Assembly: GCA_963702435.1 (NCBI GenBank)
Contig: CAVPCR010000006.1
Location: 127,135-191,134 of the forward strand
Source: Candidatus Eiseniibacteriota bacterium
Lineage (GTDB): Bacteria > Eisenbacteria > RBG-16-71-46 > CAVPCR01
Direction: 5' to 3'
Length of the DNA stretch: 64,000 bases
Shown one piece after another: positions 19,983 to 29,500 of the stretch; within the stretch, counting starts at the first letter, position 1; each line of letters begins with the position of its first letter. The notes beneath the pieces were generated by a model. The model was not told the origin of the DNA. It did no database searches and saw only the letters and a program-made list of their open reading frames with translations. The translations under genes were made by a program, and so were the position numbers.

Positions 19983-20297
19983 CTAGCCGGCGGGCGCGGG
20001 CCCCGGGGGGTCGAGGAGCGCGTCGAGACGGTGTGCCTCGGCGGCGATGACGGCTCCATCGGCGCTCAGGCGCACGAGGCTGAACCCCTCGGTGGTCGGG
20101 CGGATCGGGAATCCGCCCATGAGCTCGACCACTCCGTGCGCCTGGAGGCGCCGGCAGGCATCCCGGATCTCAGCGGGATCGGCCCCCAGCGCGGCGCGGA
20201 GGTCGGCGACCGAGATCCAGCTGCCCTGTCCGCCGCGACCGCGGTCCTTCAGGTAACGAGCGACCTTCATGGCCACGGCGGGCTGAACTCCGGCCAT
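19983..20297 (-). CDS. Hypothetical small protein (104 aa), possibly winged-helix-like
   Basis: The ATG at 20297 is preceded by a strong SD (GCAGGAGGACGAGA-ATG). The sequence is non-shadow-like: MAGVQPAVAMKVARYLKDRGRGGQGSWISVADLRAALGADPAEIRDACRRLQAHGVVELM. No family recognised. Confidence 0.5.
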   Translation of the reverse strand: MAGVQPAVAMKVARYLKDRGRGGQGSWISVADLRAALGADPAEIRDACRRLQAHGVVELMGGFPIRPTTEGFSLVRLSADGAVIAAEAHRLDALLDPPGPAPAG

Positions 20298-20312
20298 TCT
20301 CGTCCTCCTGCT

Positions 20313-20402
20313 CGGATGCCCCCCCGGAAAGAGGCCCGCCCCTTGGACTTGTGGTACCAAGGGGCGGAACCATGGCTCGGACTGCGAAGCTCGGGGCATC
20401 CG
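20313..20402. other. ~90-nt nested stem-loop element in a lower-GC intergenic region
   Basis: A 10-bp closing stem (CGGATGCCCC 20313-20322 with GGGGCATCCG 20393-20402) encloses a perfect 11-bp hairpin (CCGCCCCTTGG / CCAAGGGGCGG, 20336-20367, 10-nt loop). Confidence 0.4.
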
Positions 20403-20776
20403 TCCTCGCCAACCCGGTTTCCCGGGCGCGGGCGTCGTAGCGGGCGCCCGCCGGCCGCATGTGACCATGGGCCGGCCTGGGCGAGCCGAGCTCGAATCAA
20501 GGATGCTGCCGCTGGGCGATCAAGATGCAACCCCAAGGTGAATGCCCACGGGATGAAGAGCTCCGCCCCATCCAGGCATCAAGTAGCATGCCAGAGACAG
20601 CGCTCGGCGTCAATGCGCGCCTGGTCGGGGAGCGGCCGGGTGTGTGAGCCTGCGGCTCGACGCCATGCCCTGCCTGTGCTATGCAGTCCCGCACGCACCA
20701 CGTGCCGGCGGCCTTCGCGGCACGATGCAGGTCCAGGCGGCCGCGAAGGTCGGATGTCGCTCGGGTGGGAGGTGGC

Positions 20777-21433
20777 ATGAGCGTCATGGGTGGCGGTGGC
20801 GGGTCGAGAACGGCAGGAGCCGTCGCGGCGGCAACGGCGGCCGCGCAAGGAGCGGCTGCAGCGCCCGGACCCGCGTCCTCCGGGCATGGTGCGGAGACCG
20901 CCGGCGCGGTCGCGGGAGCCGCGGTCGCCTCCGGCCTGTGGACGTTTCCGACCCTCGTCTTCTCCGCGTTCGTCCTCGGCTGGGCGGCCGAGGCCGCGCA
21001 GTTCGTGTTCTCCCAGGGCCTCTCGCTCGCCATCCTGGCCTGGCTGCAAACGCTGCCCGAGTTCGCGGTCGAGGCGGTCATCGCCTGGAACCAGAACGTC
21101 CCGCTCATGACCGCCAACTTCACCGGCTCCCTCCGCCTCCTCGTCGGGCTCGGCTGGCCGCTCATCTTCATCACCCGGGCGGTGTTCGGGGTCAAGAAGA
21201 CCGGTCTGCGCGCCACGGTCATCACGCTCGAGAAGGAGCACGCGGTCGAGGTGGTGTCGCTCTTCGTCCCCATCCTCTACTTCGTCATCATCTGGCTCAA
21301 GGCCTCGCTCAACCTGATCGACGCCGCCATCCTGCTCGCCATGTACGTGGCGTATCTCCAGGTGCTGGCCCGGATCCCGCCCAAGGAGAGCGAGAGCCTC
21401 GAGGACATTCCCCGGGTGTCGCGCTGGGCTTGA
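20777..21433 (+). CDS. Ca2+/cation antiporter (CaCA) family, N-terminal half (alpha-1 repeat)
   Basis: SD GGGAGGTGG before the ATG at 20777. A Gly/Ala-rich N-terminus is followed by TM helices with LQTLPEFAVEAVIAW. Ends ...IPRVSRWA-TGA. Confidence 0.7.
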   Translation: MSVMGGGGGSRTAGAVAAATAAAQGAAAAPGPASSGHGAETAGAVAGAAVASGLWTFPTLVFSAFVLGWAAEAAQFVFSQGLSLAILAWLQTLPEFAVEAVIAWNQNVPLMTANFTGSLRLLVGLGWPLIFITRAVFGVKKTGLRATVITLEKEHAVEVVSLFVPILYFVIIWLKASLNLIDAAILLAMYVAYLQVLARIPPKESESLEDIPRVSRWA

Positions 21434-22059
21434 CGCGCCCGGGCCGGTGGAAGCTCGTGGCCATCTTCGGCCTCTTCCTCGCCGGCGGCTTGATCCTCTA
21501 CTTCGTCGCGCACCCGTTCTACCAGGCCATGCTCGGCATGGCCGTCACGCTCGGCGTCTCCCAGTTCGTGTTCGTGCAGTGGGTGGCGCCCTTCCTGTCC
21601 GAGTTCCCGGAGAAGGTGACCGCGTTCAACTGGGCGCGCACCGGCAGCAAGGCCTCGCTCGCGCTCATGAACATGGTCTCCTCCAACATCAATCAGTGGA
21701 CGGTGCTCGCGGCGATGATCCCCATCGTCTACTCGATCTCGCGCGGCGAGCCGTCCTCGATCCCCTTCGACGACTATCACCGGACCGAGATCCTCCTGAC
21801 CGTGATCCAGTCCTTCCTCGGCATGCTGCTCCTTTCCAACCTCGAGTTCCGGTGGTACGAGGCGATCGGGCTCTTCGTCCTGTGGGCAACCCAGTTCGCC
21901 TTGCCCCACGTGCGTGAGGAGATCATCGTGGTCTATGCCGCCTGGTGCGTCTTCGAACTCGGGCTCGCCGCCGCCGGCCACAAGCAGCTGCGCGCGTTCC
22001 CCGTCTTCATCGAGCTGTGGCGCGCGCACGCCAGGCCGGCACGCGCCCGCCGGCGCTGA
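21430..22059 (+). CDS. CaCA family, C-terminal half (alpha-2 repeat). It is either a separate TTG-initiated gene overlapping the upstream stop (TTGA) or the frameshifted continuation of one gene.
   Basis: ...WKLVAIFGLFLAGG...VAPFLSEFPEKVTAFNWA...SSNINQWTVLAAM. The frame differs by -1 from the N-terminal half. The combined span is 1283 nt = 3n+2. Confidence 0.65.
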   Translation: MTRPGRWKLVAIFGLFLAGGLILYFVAHPFYQAMLGMAVTLGVSQFVFVQWVAPFLSEFPEKVTAFNWARTGSKASLALMNMVSSNINQWTVLAAMIPIVYSISRGEPSSIPFDDYHRTEILLTVIQSFLGMLLLSNLEFRWYEAIGLFVLWATQFALPHVREEIIVVYAAWCVFELGLAAAGHKQLRAFPVFIELWRAHARPARARRR

Positions 22060-22118
22060 GCCGCCCGGACGTGATGCCTGCCCACGCGCACATGCCGGCC
22101 CCGGGGGCGGGTGGCGAC

Positions 22119-23870
22119 ATGGCGCCGCGGGCCCGCCGCCGGCCGGCCCGCGTCCTCTTGCTCCTCGCCGCCGCCTTCATCGCGACGCTCCTCGCCCACG
22201 GCTACGCCTTCGAGCTCGGCGCCGAGAACCAGCCGCTCCAGGTCCCGCACATCGCCCAGCTCCGCGATCCCGGGCTCTACCCCGGCGATCCGCTCGTCCA
22301 GGTCCTCGGCAAGTACCGCTCGGCCTTCTTCCCGGCGGCGGCCTGGCTCAGCCGGTGGCTCACGCTCGAGCAGCTGTTCTTCCTCGTGCACGTCGCGACC
22401 ACGGTCGCGGTCGGCGCCGCGATGTGGTCGATCGGCCGTCTTCTCTATCGCTCCACGAACGCCGCCGCGGTGGCTGCCCTGCTCCTCCTCGTGTCGCCGG
22501 TCGTGCGCCCGACCGTGGTCGGCCATGACACGCTCGTCGCCGCCTGGGTCACGCCGACCACGGTCTCCTTCCCGATCCTCCTCGTGGCGCTCTACGGTCT
22601 CCTCTCCGGCCGTACCGCCCTGGCCGGGCTCGCCGCCGGCCTCGCCGCGCACGTGAACGCGGTGGCCGCCGGGATCTTCGTGATCGTCGCGTTGCCGGTC
22701 GCGCTCGGCGAGGCGCGGCGCTGGCGCGCGGCCGCCGCCTTCCTCGGCGTGTTCGCCCTCGTCGCGCTGCCTCCGCTCCTCACCTTGCCCGGTGGCGCGC
22801 TCGTCAGCGGCCGCGGCCTCGACTTCCTCGCCCTCCTTCGCGTCTACTACCCGTACCACTTCTTCCTCGGCGCCCAACCGCCCGGCGTGTTCGTGCGCGT
22901 GGCCATCCTCTTCCTGACCGCCATCGCCGGATTCCGCGCGCTGCCGGAAAGCCCGACCGGCCGCCGCGCGACCTATCTCGCCCTCGCCGTGACCACGACG
23001 GTGGCCGCGGGCGCCCTGTTCGCCGATCTCATCCCGGTGGCGGCGCTCACGCAGCTTCACCTGCTGCGCGCAGATCGCTGGTGCTACGTCCTCATCTTCA
23101 TGCTCGCCGCCGGCCTCGTGCGGCGCGCCCTGGCCGACAAGGAGCCCACCGACTTCGCCGGAGCCGTCGCCGTGGCGGCGGGACTCCTCCGCGCCGCCTA
23201 TCCCCTCGTCGCCTGGGGCGCCATCCTCCTCCTGCTGCGTCCGGCCGGGAGGCGCGTACGCATGGCGCTCGTCCTCGCCGCCGGCGGGGTCGCGCTCAGC
23301 CGCATGTGGGAGCCGCGCCTCGCGCTCTCGGCGGCGCTTCTCATCGCCCTCGCCGCCATCGCCTGCGCCGGACGGCCGCGCTTCATGAACGCCGTCACCC
23401 GTCGCGGCGCAGTCGCCGCGCTCGCGATCGCCTACCTCGAGCTCGTGCTCCACACGGGGACGATCGGCCCCGACGGCATCTCGATCGCGCGCCAGGTCTT
23501 TCATCCCGACTGGCGCGAGGTGCAGGAGTGGGCGGCCCGTTCCACCCCGGTCGCTGCGCGGTTCGTGACGCCGCCCGAGTACGCCGGGTTCCGCGTCTAC
23601 GCGCGACGCGGCACGGTGGTCGAACGCAAGGACGGGGCCGCGATGCTCTGGGAACCGGCCTTCGGCCCGGGCTGGTGGGAACGGGTCACCACCGTGGATG
23701 CCGCGATTGCCGCGCGGAACGCCTGGGAGCTTTCGCGCGTGGCCCGGCTCTACGGAGCCGGCTGGGTCATCGTGCCGTCCGCCCTGGCCCCGCCCGACCC
23801 CTCGCCGGAACTCACGCTCGTCCACGAAAACTCGCGGTTCAGCGTCTACGAGGTGGAGGAGAAGGAGTAG
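22119..23870 (+). CDS. Hypothetical polytopic membrane protein with a C-terminal soluble domain (GT-C-like topology is a guess only)
   Basis: 583 aa. ATG at 22119 (MAPRARRRPARVLLLLAAAFIATLL), more than 10 hydrophobic spans, then a ~170-aa hydrophilic tail (HPDWREVQEWAARSTP...FSVYEVEEKE). Confidence 0.6.
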   Translation: MAPRARRRPARVLLLLAAAFIATLLAHGYAFELGAENQPLQVPHIAQLRDPGLYPGDPLVQVLGKYRSAFFPAAAWLSRWLTLEQLFFLVHVATTVAVGAAMWSIGRLLYRSTNAAAVAALLLLVSPVVRPTVVGHDTLVAAWVTPTTVSFPILLVALYGLLSGRTALAGLAAGLAAHVNAVAAGIFVIVALPVALGEARRWRAAAAFLGVFALVALPPLLTLPGGALVSGRGLDFLALLRVYYPYHFFLGAQPPGVFVRVAILFLTAIAGFRALPESPTGRRATYLALAVTTTVAAGALFADLIPVAALTQLHLLRADRWCYVLIFMLAAGLVRRALADKEPTDFAGAVAVAAGLLRAAYPLVAWGAILLLLRPAGRRVRMALVLAAGGVALSRMWEPRLALSAALLIALAAIACAGRPRFMNAVTRRGAVAALAIAYLELVLHTGTIGPDGISIARQVFHPDWREVQEWAARSTPVAARFVTPPEYAGFRVYARRGTVVERKDGAAMLWEPAFGPGWWERVTTVDAAIAARNAWELSRVARLYGAGWVIVPSALAPPDPSPELTLVHENSRFSVYEVEEKE

Positions 23871-23920
23871 GAGTAGGGCGCGCGGACCGCGGGCGCGGCA
23901 GGGGACGCCGGCGGCGCTCG

Positions 23921-24948
23921 CTACAGGCCCAGCTCCTCGAGCAGGCGCGTGTCCTTCCGCCAGTCCGCGATCACGCGCACGTGGAGCTCGAGGAAGACCG
24001 GACGCCCGAGCATCGCCTCGATGTCGAGCCGCGCCTCCCGGCCGACCGCGCCGAGCGCGCGCCCTCCCTCGCCGATCAGGATGGCCTTCTGCGTCTCCCG
24101 CTCGACCAGGATCTCCGCCCTCACATACACCTTCTTGCGCTCCGCCTCCTCCTCGAAGGCGGTGATGCGCACGGCGGTGGCGTACGGCACCTCCTCGCGG
24201 TAGCGGCGAAACACCTTCTCGCGCACGAGCTCGGCGGCGAAGAAGCGCTCCGGCCGGTCGGAGAGCGTGTCCGGAGGATAGAAGGGCGGGCTCGCCGGGA
24301 GGCGCGCGGCGAGCGCCGCCTCGAGCTCCGCGATGCCGTCGCCCTCGAGGGCGGAGACGGGCACGATGGCCGCAAAGTCGCCGAGCGCGGCCAGCTCGGC
24401 GATCATCGGCAGGAGCTCGAGCTTGGCGACACGGTCGATCTTGTTGAGCACGAGGAAGAGCGGGCGACTCCCGGCCCTGGCGAGCAGATCCTTCACGAGA
24501 TCGATCTCGCGATCGCGGAGCGGGTCGCGGGCCTCGACCAGGACCACCAGCAGATCGGCGTCGCCGACCGCGGCCAGCGCCTGCTCGAGCATGCGCCGCT
24601 GGAGCTCGTAGCGCGGCTCGAGGATCCCCGGCGTGTCGAGGAAGACCATCTGGTAGCCGGGGCGGCTGAGGATGCCGAGGATGCGCTGCCGTGTGGTCTG
24701 CGGCGCCGGGGTCACGATCGAGAGCTTGTGATCGAGGAGCCGGTTCATGAGGGTGGACTTGCCGACGTTCGGCCGGCCGACCAGAGCGACGTAGCCGGCG
24801 CGCGACGGCGCCGCGTTGCTCTCCGGCGCCCGCGCCCCGGCGCCCCACTGCTCTCCGGCGCCCCGCTGCTCTCCGGCGCCGCGCTATCCGCCGGCACGGG
24901 GTGCGGATCGCCGGGCGGCGACGGAGGGAGCGACTTGCCGGCGCTCAT
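23921..24948 (-). pseudogene. era: GTPase Era with an N-terminal repeat extension. The ATGA-coupled start is out of frame with the G domain (1-nt deletion inferred).
   Basis: G1 AGYVALVGRPNVGKSTLMNRLL, DTPG, NKID and a KH domain are in the frame of ORF 23921-24748. That frame has no start after its upstream TAG. The ATG at 24948 overlaps the ftsY stop but is in another frame. Span is 1028 nt = 3n+2. Confidence 0.85.
24817..24880. repeat. Three copies of TGCTCTCCGGCGCC (coding APES(S/N)G repeats in the era N-terminal extension)
   Basis: Copies at 24817-24830, 24849-24862 and 24867-24880. Confidence 0.8.
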
Positions 24949-25898
24949 CGTGTGTGGCCCGGACGCACCGCGCCGGCCTCCTCGAACAGGGCCTCGACGA
25001 AGTCCCGCGCATCGAAGGGCACGAGGTCGTCGATCCCCTCGCCCACTCCCACCATCTCGACCGGCAACCGGAGCTCGCTCGCGATCGCGACCACCACCCC
25101 ACCACGCGCCGTGCCGTCGAGCTTGGCGAGCACGAGCCCCGTGATGCCGGCCGTCTGGTCGAAGAGCCTGGCCTGCCGGATCGCGTTCTGCCCGGTCGTC
25201 GCATCGAGGCAGAGGAGCACCTCGTGCGGGGCGCCGGCCAGGCGCCGGGCGACGACCCGATGCACCTTCCGGAGCTCTTCCATGAGGTTCGCCTTCGTAT
25301 GGAGGCGCCCGGCCGTGTCGAGGAGGATGACGTCCACGCCGCGACTCTCGCCCGCGGCGACCGCATCGAAGGCGACGGCGGCGGGGTCGGCGCCCGAACG
25401 CTGGCGGACGATCTCGACGCCGGCGCGCTCGGCCCACGCGGCGAGCTGCTCGCCCGCCGCCGCGCGAAAGGTGTCGCAGGCGCCGACGAGGACCCGGCGG
25501 CCCGCATCCATCTCGCGCTTGGCGAGCTTCCCGATGGTCGTCGTCTTCCCCACCCCGTTCACGCCGACCAGCATGATCACGTGGGGGCGCACCCGGCGGG
25601 CCGGATCGACCGGCGCCGCGCGCGGCGCCGACTCGAGGAGCGCGACGATCTCCTCCTTGAGCGCCGTCTCGACCGCCGCCGGAGTGGCAAGACTCTCGAC
25701 GCGCACGCGCTCGCGGAGTCGCGCGAGCAAGGTCTCGGTCGCCTCGACGCCGACGTCCGCCGCGATGAGGATGCGTTCGAAATCGGAGAACAGCTCCTCG
25801 TCGACGCGACCGCGGTCGAGCGCGCCGCGGAGACTCGCGGCGAGGCTCTGGCGCGTGCGGGCAAGGCCTTGCCGCAGCTTGTCGAGAATGGACAGCAT
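24945..25898 (-). CDS. ftsY: Signal recognition particle receptor FtsY
   Basis: IMLVGVNGVGKTTTIGKLA...CDTFRAAAGEQL...ILLDTAGRLH...LAKLDGTARGG. Confidence 0.95.
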   Translation of the reverse strand: MLSILDKLRQGLARTRQSLAASLRGALDRGRVDEELFSDFERILIAADVGVEATETLLARLRERVRVESLATPAAVETALKEEIVALLESAPRAAPVDPARRVRPHVIMLVGVNGVGKTTTIGKLAKREMDAGRRVLVGACDTFRAAAGEQLAAWAERAGVEIVRQRSGADPAAVAFDAVAAGESRGVDVILLDTAGRLHTKANLMEELRKVHRVVARRLAGAPHEVLLCLDATTGQNAIRQARLFDQTAGITGLVLAKLDGTARGGVVVAIASELRLPVEMVGVGEGIDDLVPFDARDFVEALFEEAGAVRPGHTR

Positions 25899-26028
25899 CG
25901 TCTCCTCTGGCTTCCTCTCCTGCCGGCGGCCCGGGGCTCGAGGCGCGCCGATTCTAGACCACCGCCGCCGGGCGGGCCAGACCCGCCCGCCCTTGCCCGC
26001 CCGCGCGCCGGCGCGCTAGGATCGACGC

Positions 26029-26595
26029 GTGGAATCCGGCGAGATCACAGCGGGCACCTTGCTCATCGCGAGCCCGACCCTCCGCGATCCCAACTTCGCC
26101 CGCACGGTCGTCCTGCTCTGCGAGCACACCGACACGGGATCGATGGGGCTCGTCGTGAACCGGCCGACCACGACCAGAGTGGCCGACGTGCTCCGCGGCG
26201 TCAGCCAGCTCCCGCCGGCCGTGGAGATCCTCTATCGCGGCGGTCCGGTGCAGCAGGATATCCTGCTCGTGCTGCACAAGTTGGACGTGACCGTGCCCGG
26301 TGCGCAGATGGTGGCGGCCGGGATGGCCCTCGGCGGGAACATGCAGGTGCTCGTCGATGTGCTCGCGGGAGCCCGCGGGCCGTCCGAACGCGTTCGCGTC
26401 TACGCCGGCTATGCGGGATGGGGCGAGGGGCAGCTCGAGATGGAGATGGCGACCGGCAGCTGGTTCATCTGCCCCGCCACCGCGGAGATCGTCTTCGACC
26501 TCGATCCGGAGAAGGCCTGGAACGCCGCGATCCGCGGCCTCGGCCCGGACTACGAGCACCTCGTCACGATGCCGCTCGATCCGCGCGTCAACTGA
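26029..26595 (+). CDS. YqgE/AlgH family protein (UPF0301)
   Basis: GTLLIASPTLRDPNFARTVVLLCEHTDTGSMGLVVNRP...YAGYAGWGEGQLEMEM..GSW. GTG start at 26029. Confidence 0.85.
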   Translation: MESGEITAGTLLIASPTLRDPNFARTVVLLCEHTDTGSMGLVVNRPTTTRVADVLRGVSQLPPAVEILYRGGPVQQDILLVLHKLDVTVPGAQMVAAGMALGGNMQVLVDVLAGARGPSERVRVYAGYAGWGEGQLEMEMATGSWFICPATAEIVFDLDPEKAWNAAIRGLGPDYEHLVTMPLDPRVN

Positions 26596-29500
26596 TCTCC
26601 GTAGCGTCGTCGTCGCCGCCTGCCCCGTTGCCGCCGCCCGCCACCGCGGCGAGATCGCCCGCACCGGCCATGCCGTCCCGCCCGGCGTCATCGCCCGCGC
26701 CGGCGACAGCGTCCCGCCCGCCGTTCCCGTCGTCGCCGGTTGCCGCCTCCGCCGTCTCGACATCCTCCTCGCCCGGCGCGATCTCGCCGTGTTCGAGACG
26801 CACCGAGACGAGCTTCGACACGCCCGGTTCCTCCATCGTCACGCCGTACAGGCGCTCGCATGCTTCCATCGTGCGCTTGTTGTGGGTGATGACGATGAAC
26901 TGCGTGTCCCGCTGGAACTGCCGGAGGAGCTTCACGAAGCGATCCACGTTGGCGTCGTCGAGCGGGGCGTCCACCTCGTCCATGATGCAGAAGGGGCTCG
27001 GCTTGACGAGATAGATCGAGAAGAGGAGCGAGATGGCGGTGAGCGCCCGCTCCCCGCCCGACATCATGCGGATCGAGCGCAACGCCTTGCCCCGCGGGCG
27101 CGCCATGATCTCGATGCCGCCGTCGAGGTCGTCGCCGGCCAGCGCGATCTCGGCCTCGCCCCCCTCGAAGAGCGTGGAGAAGACGCGGGCGAAGTTGGCC
27201 TGCACCTGGGCGAAGGTCTGCTGGAAGAGCTCGGAGGCGGTCTGGTTGATCTTCTCGATCGCTTCGAGCAGCTCGGCGCGCGCCGCCACCAGGTCATCGC
27301 GTTGCTTGGTCAGGAAGTCGAAACGCTGCTTCACTTCCTCGTACTGCTCGATGGCGAGCAGGTTGACCGGCCCGATGCGGCGGAGCCGCTCGCGGAGCTC
27401 GTTCAGCTCGGCAAGGGCCTTCGCGGCCTCCTCCCCTTCCGCCAGGGTCTCGTTGGTCTCGAGGAGCTCGACGCCGTACTCCTCGCGAATCCGGGCGGCG
27501 ATGGCCTCGATCTCGCCGCGGGTGCGCTCGTGGTCGAGCTCGTCCCGATGCGTGCCCTCGACCAGGCCGTCGAATCCGTGCCGCGCCGCGCGCGCTTCCT
27601 TCTCCTCGGCGACCACCTCGGAGCGCGCCTCTCCCTCCGCCACCTCGAGGGCGCGCACGCGCGCCTCCTTCTCCTCGCGATCGACCATGGCCTGCGCGGT
27701 GGCCGTCTCGTGCTCGGCGATGGTCACGGCCAGCGCGGTCAGGGACTCGGTGCCGAGCTCGATCTCGCCGCCCAGTCGCGCGAGCTCCGCCGCGATCTCG
27801 CCGCGCTCGGCGGAGAGCCGCTCGTTCTCGGCGCGCACCTCGGCGAGACGGGCCGAGAACGCGGCCCAGTGGAGCCGCGACTCCTGCTCCTCGGCGAATC
27901 GCCGGTCGCGCTCCTCCTCGAGATGCGCCACCTCGGCTTCGAGGTCGGCACAGTCCGTGGCGAAGGTCTGGCTCTCGCGGCGCGCGTCATCGAGCTCCGA
28001 GCCGAGCGTCACCTCGCGGGCGCCGGAGGCCACGATCGCGCCGCTGAGGGCGGCGATCGCCCCCTCCAGATCGCGCATCACCTCGGCCTTGATCTCGGCG
28101 GCGAGCGCCGCGGCGGCGTGCGCCTTCTCGGACGCGAACACCGCCTCGCGTTCGGCCTCGTAGCGGCTGCGAAGCTCGCGCAGCGTCCCGGCGCTCGCCT
28201 CGCGCCCCGCACGGAGATCCGCCTCCTCGGCGCGCAGCGCGGCGATCTCGGTCCGCAGCGGCTTGAGGGCCTCCTCGGTCGCCGCGATCTCCTGCTCGCG
28301 CGAGAGCACGCTGGTCCCGGTGCCCGCGCCGTCCCCGCCGGTGACGGCGCCGGAGCGCGTCCACAGCTCCCCGTCGAGCGTCACCACGCGATATCCCCGG
28401 GCCTCCGGATGCGCGATGAGCTCCTGCGCCCGCGACCGGTCGCTGACGACGAGGACGTCGCCGAGGAGATACTCGACCGCCGCGCCATAGCGATCGGAAT
28501 GGGCCTCCACGAGATCGCTCAGGCGGCCGAGGATGCCGTCGCCCGCCGGCGCTCCGCGCCGCGGTTCCGGCGCCGGCTCGAGCCCCGCGAGCGGGAGGAA
28601 GGTGGCGCGGCCGCCCTGGCGCTCCCGCAGGTGATCGATGTAGCCGGCCGGCGCCCCGCGCTCCTCGACCAGGATGGTGCCGACGCCGGAGCCGAGCGCG
28701 GCCTCGACGGCCTCGACGAGATCGGCCGGCACGCGGATCAGCTCGGCGATCGTGCCGTGCATGCCGCCCGGCCGGTCACCGGCCAGGAGCGTCTGCACGC
28801 CGCGGGCGAAACCCTCGTAACGGCGCCGGAGATCGAGGAGCACCGCCAGACGCGATTCATGCGTGGCGGCGGCCTCGGCGATCCCGAGGAGCTTCTGCCC
28901 GGCTTGCTCGGCCGCGAGCGAGAGCGAGATCGTGCGCGCCTCGACCTCGTCGAGCTCGCTGCGGGTCCTCTCGCATGCACTGCTCGCGCCGCCGAGCGCC
29001 GCATCGAGCTGCTCGCTCTCCCTCGTGGTCGCCGTCCACTCGCTCCGCACCTGCTCGAGATCGGCGACCAGCCGATCGCGCCGGAGCACGAGATCCTCGG
29101 CCTTGCGCTGCTCCTCGGCGAGGGCCGTGCGCCGCTCGACATGGCCCTCGACGAGCTCGAGGCTCAGCTGCTTCTTCTCCGCGAGCTCGACCCGCCGCGC
29201 CTTCCACGTGCGTTCGACCTCGTTGCGAAGGTCCGCGCGCGCGGCGAGCTCGGCCTCGATCTCCGCCGCGGACCCCGCCAGACGCGCGAGCTCGGCGCCC
29301 GACCCGGCCGCCGCGCGCGCGGTGACCTGGTCGCGCTCGGTCAGGCGGCCGATCGTCGACCGCGCCTCGCCGAGGCGCGCCTGCGTCGCGAGCTCCCGCT
29401 CGCGCAGCACGCGCACCTCGCTCGTCCACTCGGCGATCAGGCGATCGTGGCGATCGAGCTCCTCCTGGGCGGCGCGGAGCTCCCGCTCGAACTCGGTCTG

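Noticed and set aside
20313-20402. tRNA-Sec or another tRNA
   Set aside because: There is no T-loop (GGTTCGA-type), the internal hairpin has a 10-nt rather than 7-nt loop, and no cloverleaf can be drawn on either strand.
20469-20776. Mn2+ (yybP-ykoY) or another cation riboswitch upstream of the CaCA gene
   Set aside because: The conserved GGGGAGUAG and UUGACAUA/AGACC blocks of that class are not present. I could not match any riboswitch consensus by eye.
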